NCBI GenBank assembly: GCA_017499595.2
Contig: CM039002.1
Coordinates: 2,356,001-2,420,000 of the forward strand
Origin: Psilocybe cubensis
Taxonomy: Eukaryota
Direction of reading: 5' to 3'
Length of the DNA stretch: 64,000 nucleotides
The notes beneath the pieces are model-generated. The model made no database searches and was not told the origin of the DNA. It worked only from the letters and a program-made list of their open reading frames with translations. Shown here piece after piece: positions 62,514-64,000 of this stretch (position 1 is the first letter of the stretch; each line of letters opens with the position of its first letter). The translations under genes were made by a program, and so were the position numbers.

Positions 62514-64000
62514 ATGTTCCAGTCGCGCGCTGCTGCCCGCCGTGTACAAACCCTCAGATCCTGCAAGAGACCCTCTCTCTCACGCCCTGTCCTAGTGCGT
62601 ATTTTTACGATGTCCGAAATAACCGAATGCTATTCTCATTTCATAGACAGAATAATAGAGAGATAACTACCTATCCTCGCAGATCATCCGCCGTCGCCAC
62701 AGCGCACGCATCGGGGTCGTCCATTTACACCGACGACGCACAGCACCTCCACCCCGACGACCTCCACACTGACGATCTCCCCATCACCAGTCAGGACGCG
62801 AATCAGGTCGCCGTCGGCTGGGACACACGCACCTGGTCTCGTTTGTGCGTCCCAATTGCCTCCCTTGAAGCATTAGCTAATTAGATCAGTCACAACATCT
62901 GGCTACGCGACCACTGCCGCTGTCCAAAGTGCTTCCATCCCATCACTAAACAGCGTCTCTTCAACACCTTCGAGGCAGGTCTTCCTTTCCTAATTGAGAA
63001 TTTTGATTTAATTTCCGAACCCCACTCTCTCACACCATGCACCTACTTTACGTTTTAGATCCCGAAAGATCTGACACCGCTCCACGTCGACGCCAAACCC
63101 GGAGGGTTGCAAGTAACATGTACATCACACTCTCCCACTGTATTTCCAACATTTATTAAACCGTAAACGAACAGGGCCCTCGAAAGAACCACACGTCTCG
63201 GTCTACCCTTGGTCCTGGCTCCAGCTCAATTCCTACGATCCGCCATTGAACAGAAAACAAGAATCCAACGAGTCTGTTTGCCTTATTTTTAAATACGCGT
63301 TCTACTCACATTAAATTAACCAGAAAAATTCTATGGGGCTCCAAAATCCAGCAATCGCCACCAACAGTCGCGTACGAAGAAGTCATGAACGACAATAATC
63401 ACGGACTGTACAAATGGCTCACCAACGTCGTCAGTATCTTTACGCTTTCTTGTAGATGCAACTCACCTCCATTCACATATCGACACAGCACAAATTTGGA
63501 TTCTCTTTCGTGTCTGGGGTACCCGCCACTACCGAAGCTACTGAGGAACTCGCGCTGCGCATAGGATTCATCCGCGAGACACAGTGTACGTGTCCTTTCT
63601 CTCCGTCTCAATAATGAAACAAACCATGGCTAACTGAAACTTGAACCTTTGAATTTATATTTTCCATCAACAGATGGTAAATTTTGGGACTTTACATCCG
63701 ATCTGGCAAAGGGAGACACGGCGTATACGACGCTCGCGTTGGGTGCCCATACCGACAACACATACTTTGTACGTTGAACATTTTTGTTTCTATGTATAAC
63801 CACCGAACGTGCTTTAATCTGATGCTCTTTTTATTATTTACTCCTTCCTACGCACCTTAAATTTCAATATCACGCCCCATACCTTTTTCCTCACCCGCCC
63901 ACCTAAAGACGGACCCCTGCGGCCTTCAACTCTTCCACCTGCTCTCGCACACGCACGGAACGGGCGGGGCGACACTCCTCGTGGACGGGTTCTACGCCGC
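62514..64000 (+). CDS. Trimethyllysine dioxygenase / gamma-butyrobetaine hydroxylase family (runs off window)
   Basis: Arg-rich presequence MFQSRAAARRV; HNIWLRDHCRCPKCFH; LGAHTDNTYF; GGATLLVDGF. Confidence 0.9.

Noticed and set aside
35584-64000. Metabolic gene cluster (LYS4, BIO3-BIO1, ILV5, trimethyllysine dioxygenase)
   Set aside because: Different pathways, interspersed with unrelated genes; no other biotin or secondary-metabolite genes are present.

Overview
Intron-rich fungal genomic DNA, most likely an agaricomycete mushroom (inferred from ~50-60 nt introns and the gene families present). Recognisable genes are an AIF-like Rieske/FAD oxidoreductase, a DUF1115-like gene, Mug190-like SMP/C2 protein, a HET-domain protein, DUF1295, SDE2, LYS4, a METTL14/KAR4-type MT-A70 protein, BIO3-BIO1, VPS34, ILV5, trimethyllysine dioxygenase and several F-box-like genes. 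The most striking structure is an 11.4 kb Tad1-type LINE (10791-22149; 13-bp TSD, poly-A) inserted antisense into an exon of one of three tandem paralogues. Its ORF1 end and APE endonuclease region are replaced by a ~6.4 kb intron-containing three-gene segment, which includes an atypical Zn2Cys6 gene and an intron holding a nested 41-bp-arm palindrome. Other notable items: an 803-bp MITE with 8-bp TSD, telomere-like (CCCTAAT)n and a 35-bp-period palindrome array; a 128-bp inverted repeat pair enclosing an RMD1 pseudogene and lying directly upstream of two divergent genes; and a METTL14-type protein with a DPPY motif. All calls and exon boundaries were made by eye, without database searches.
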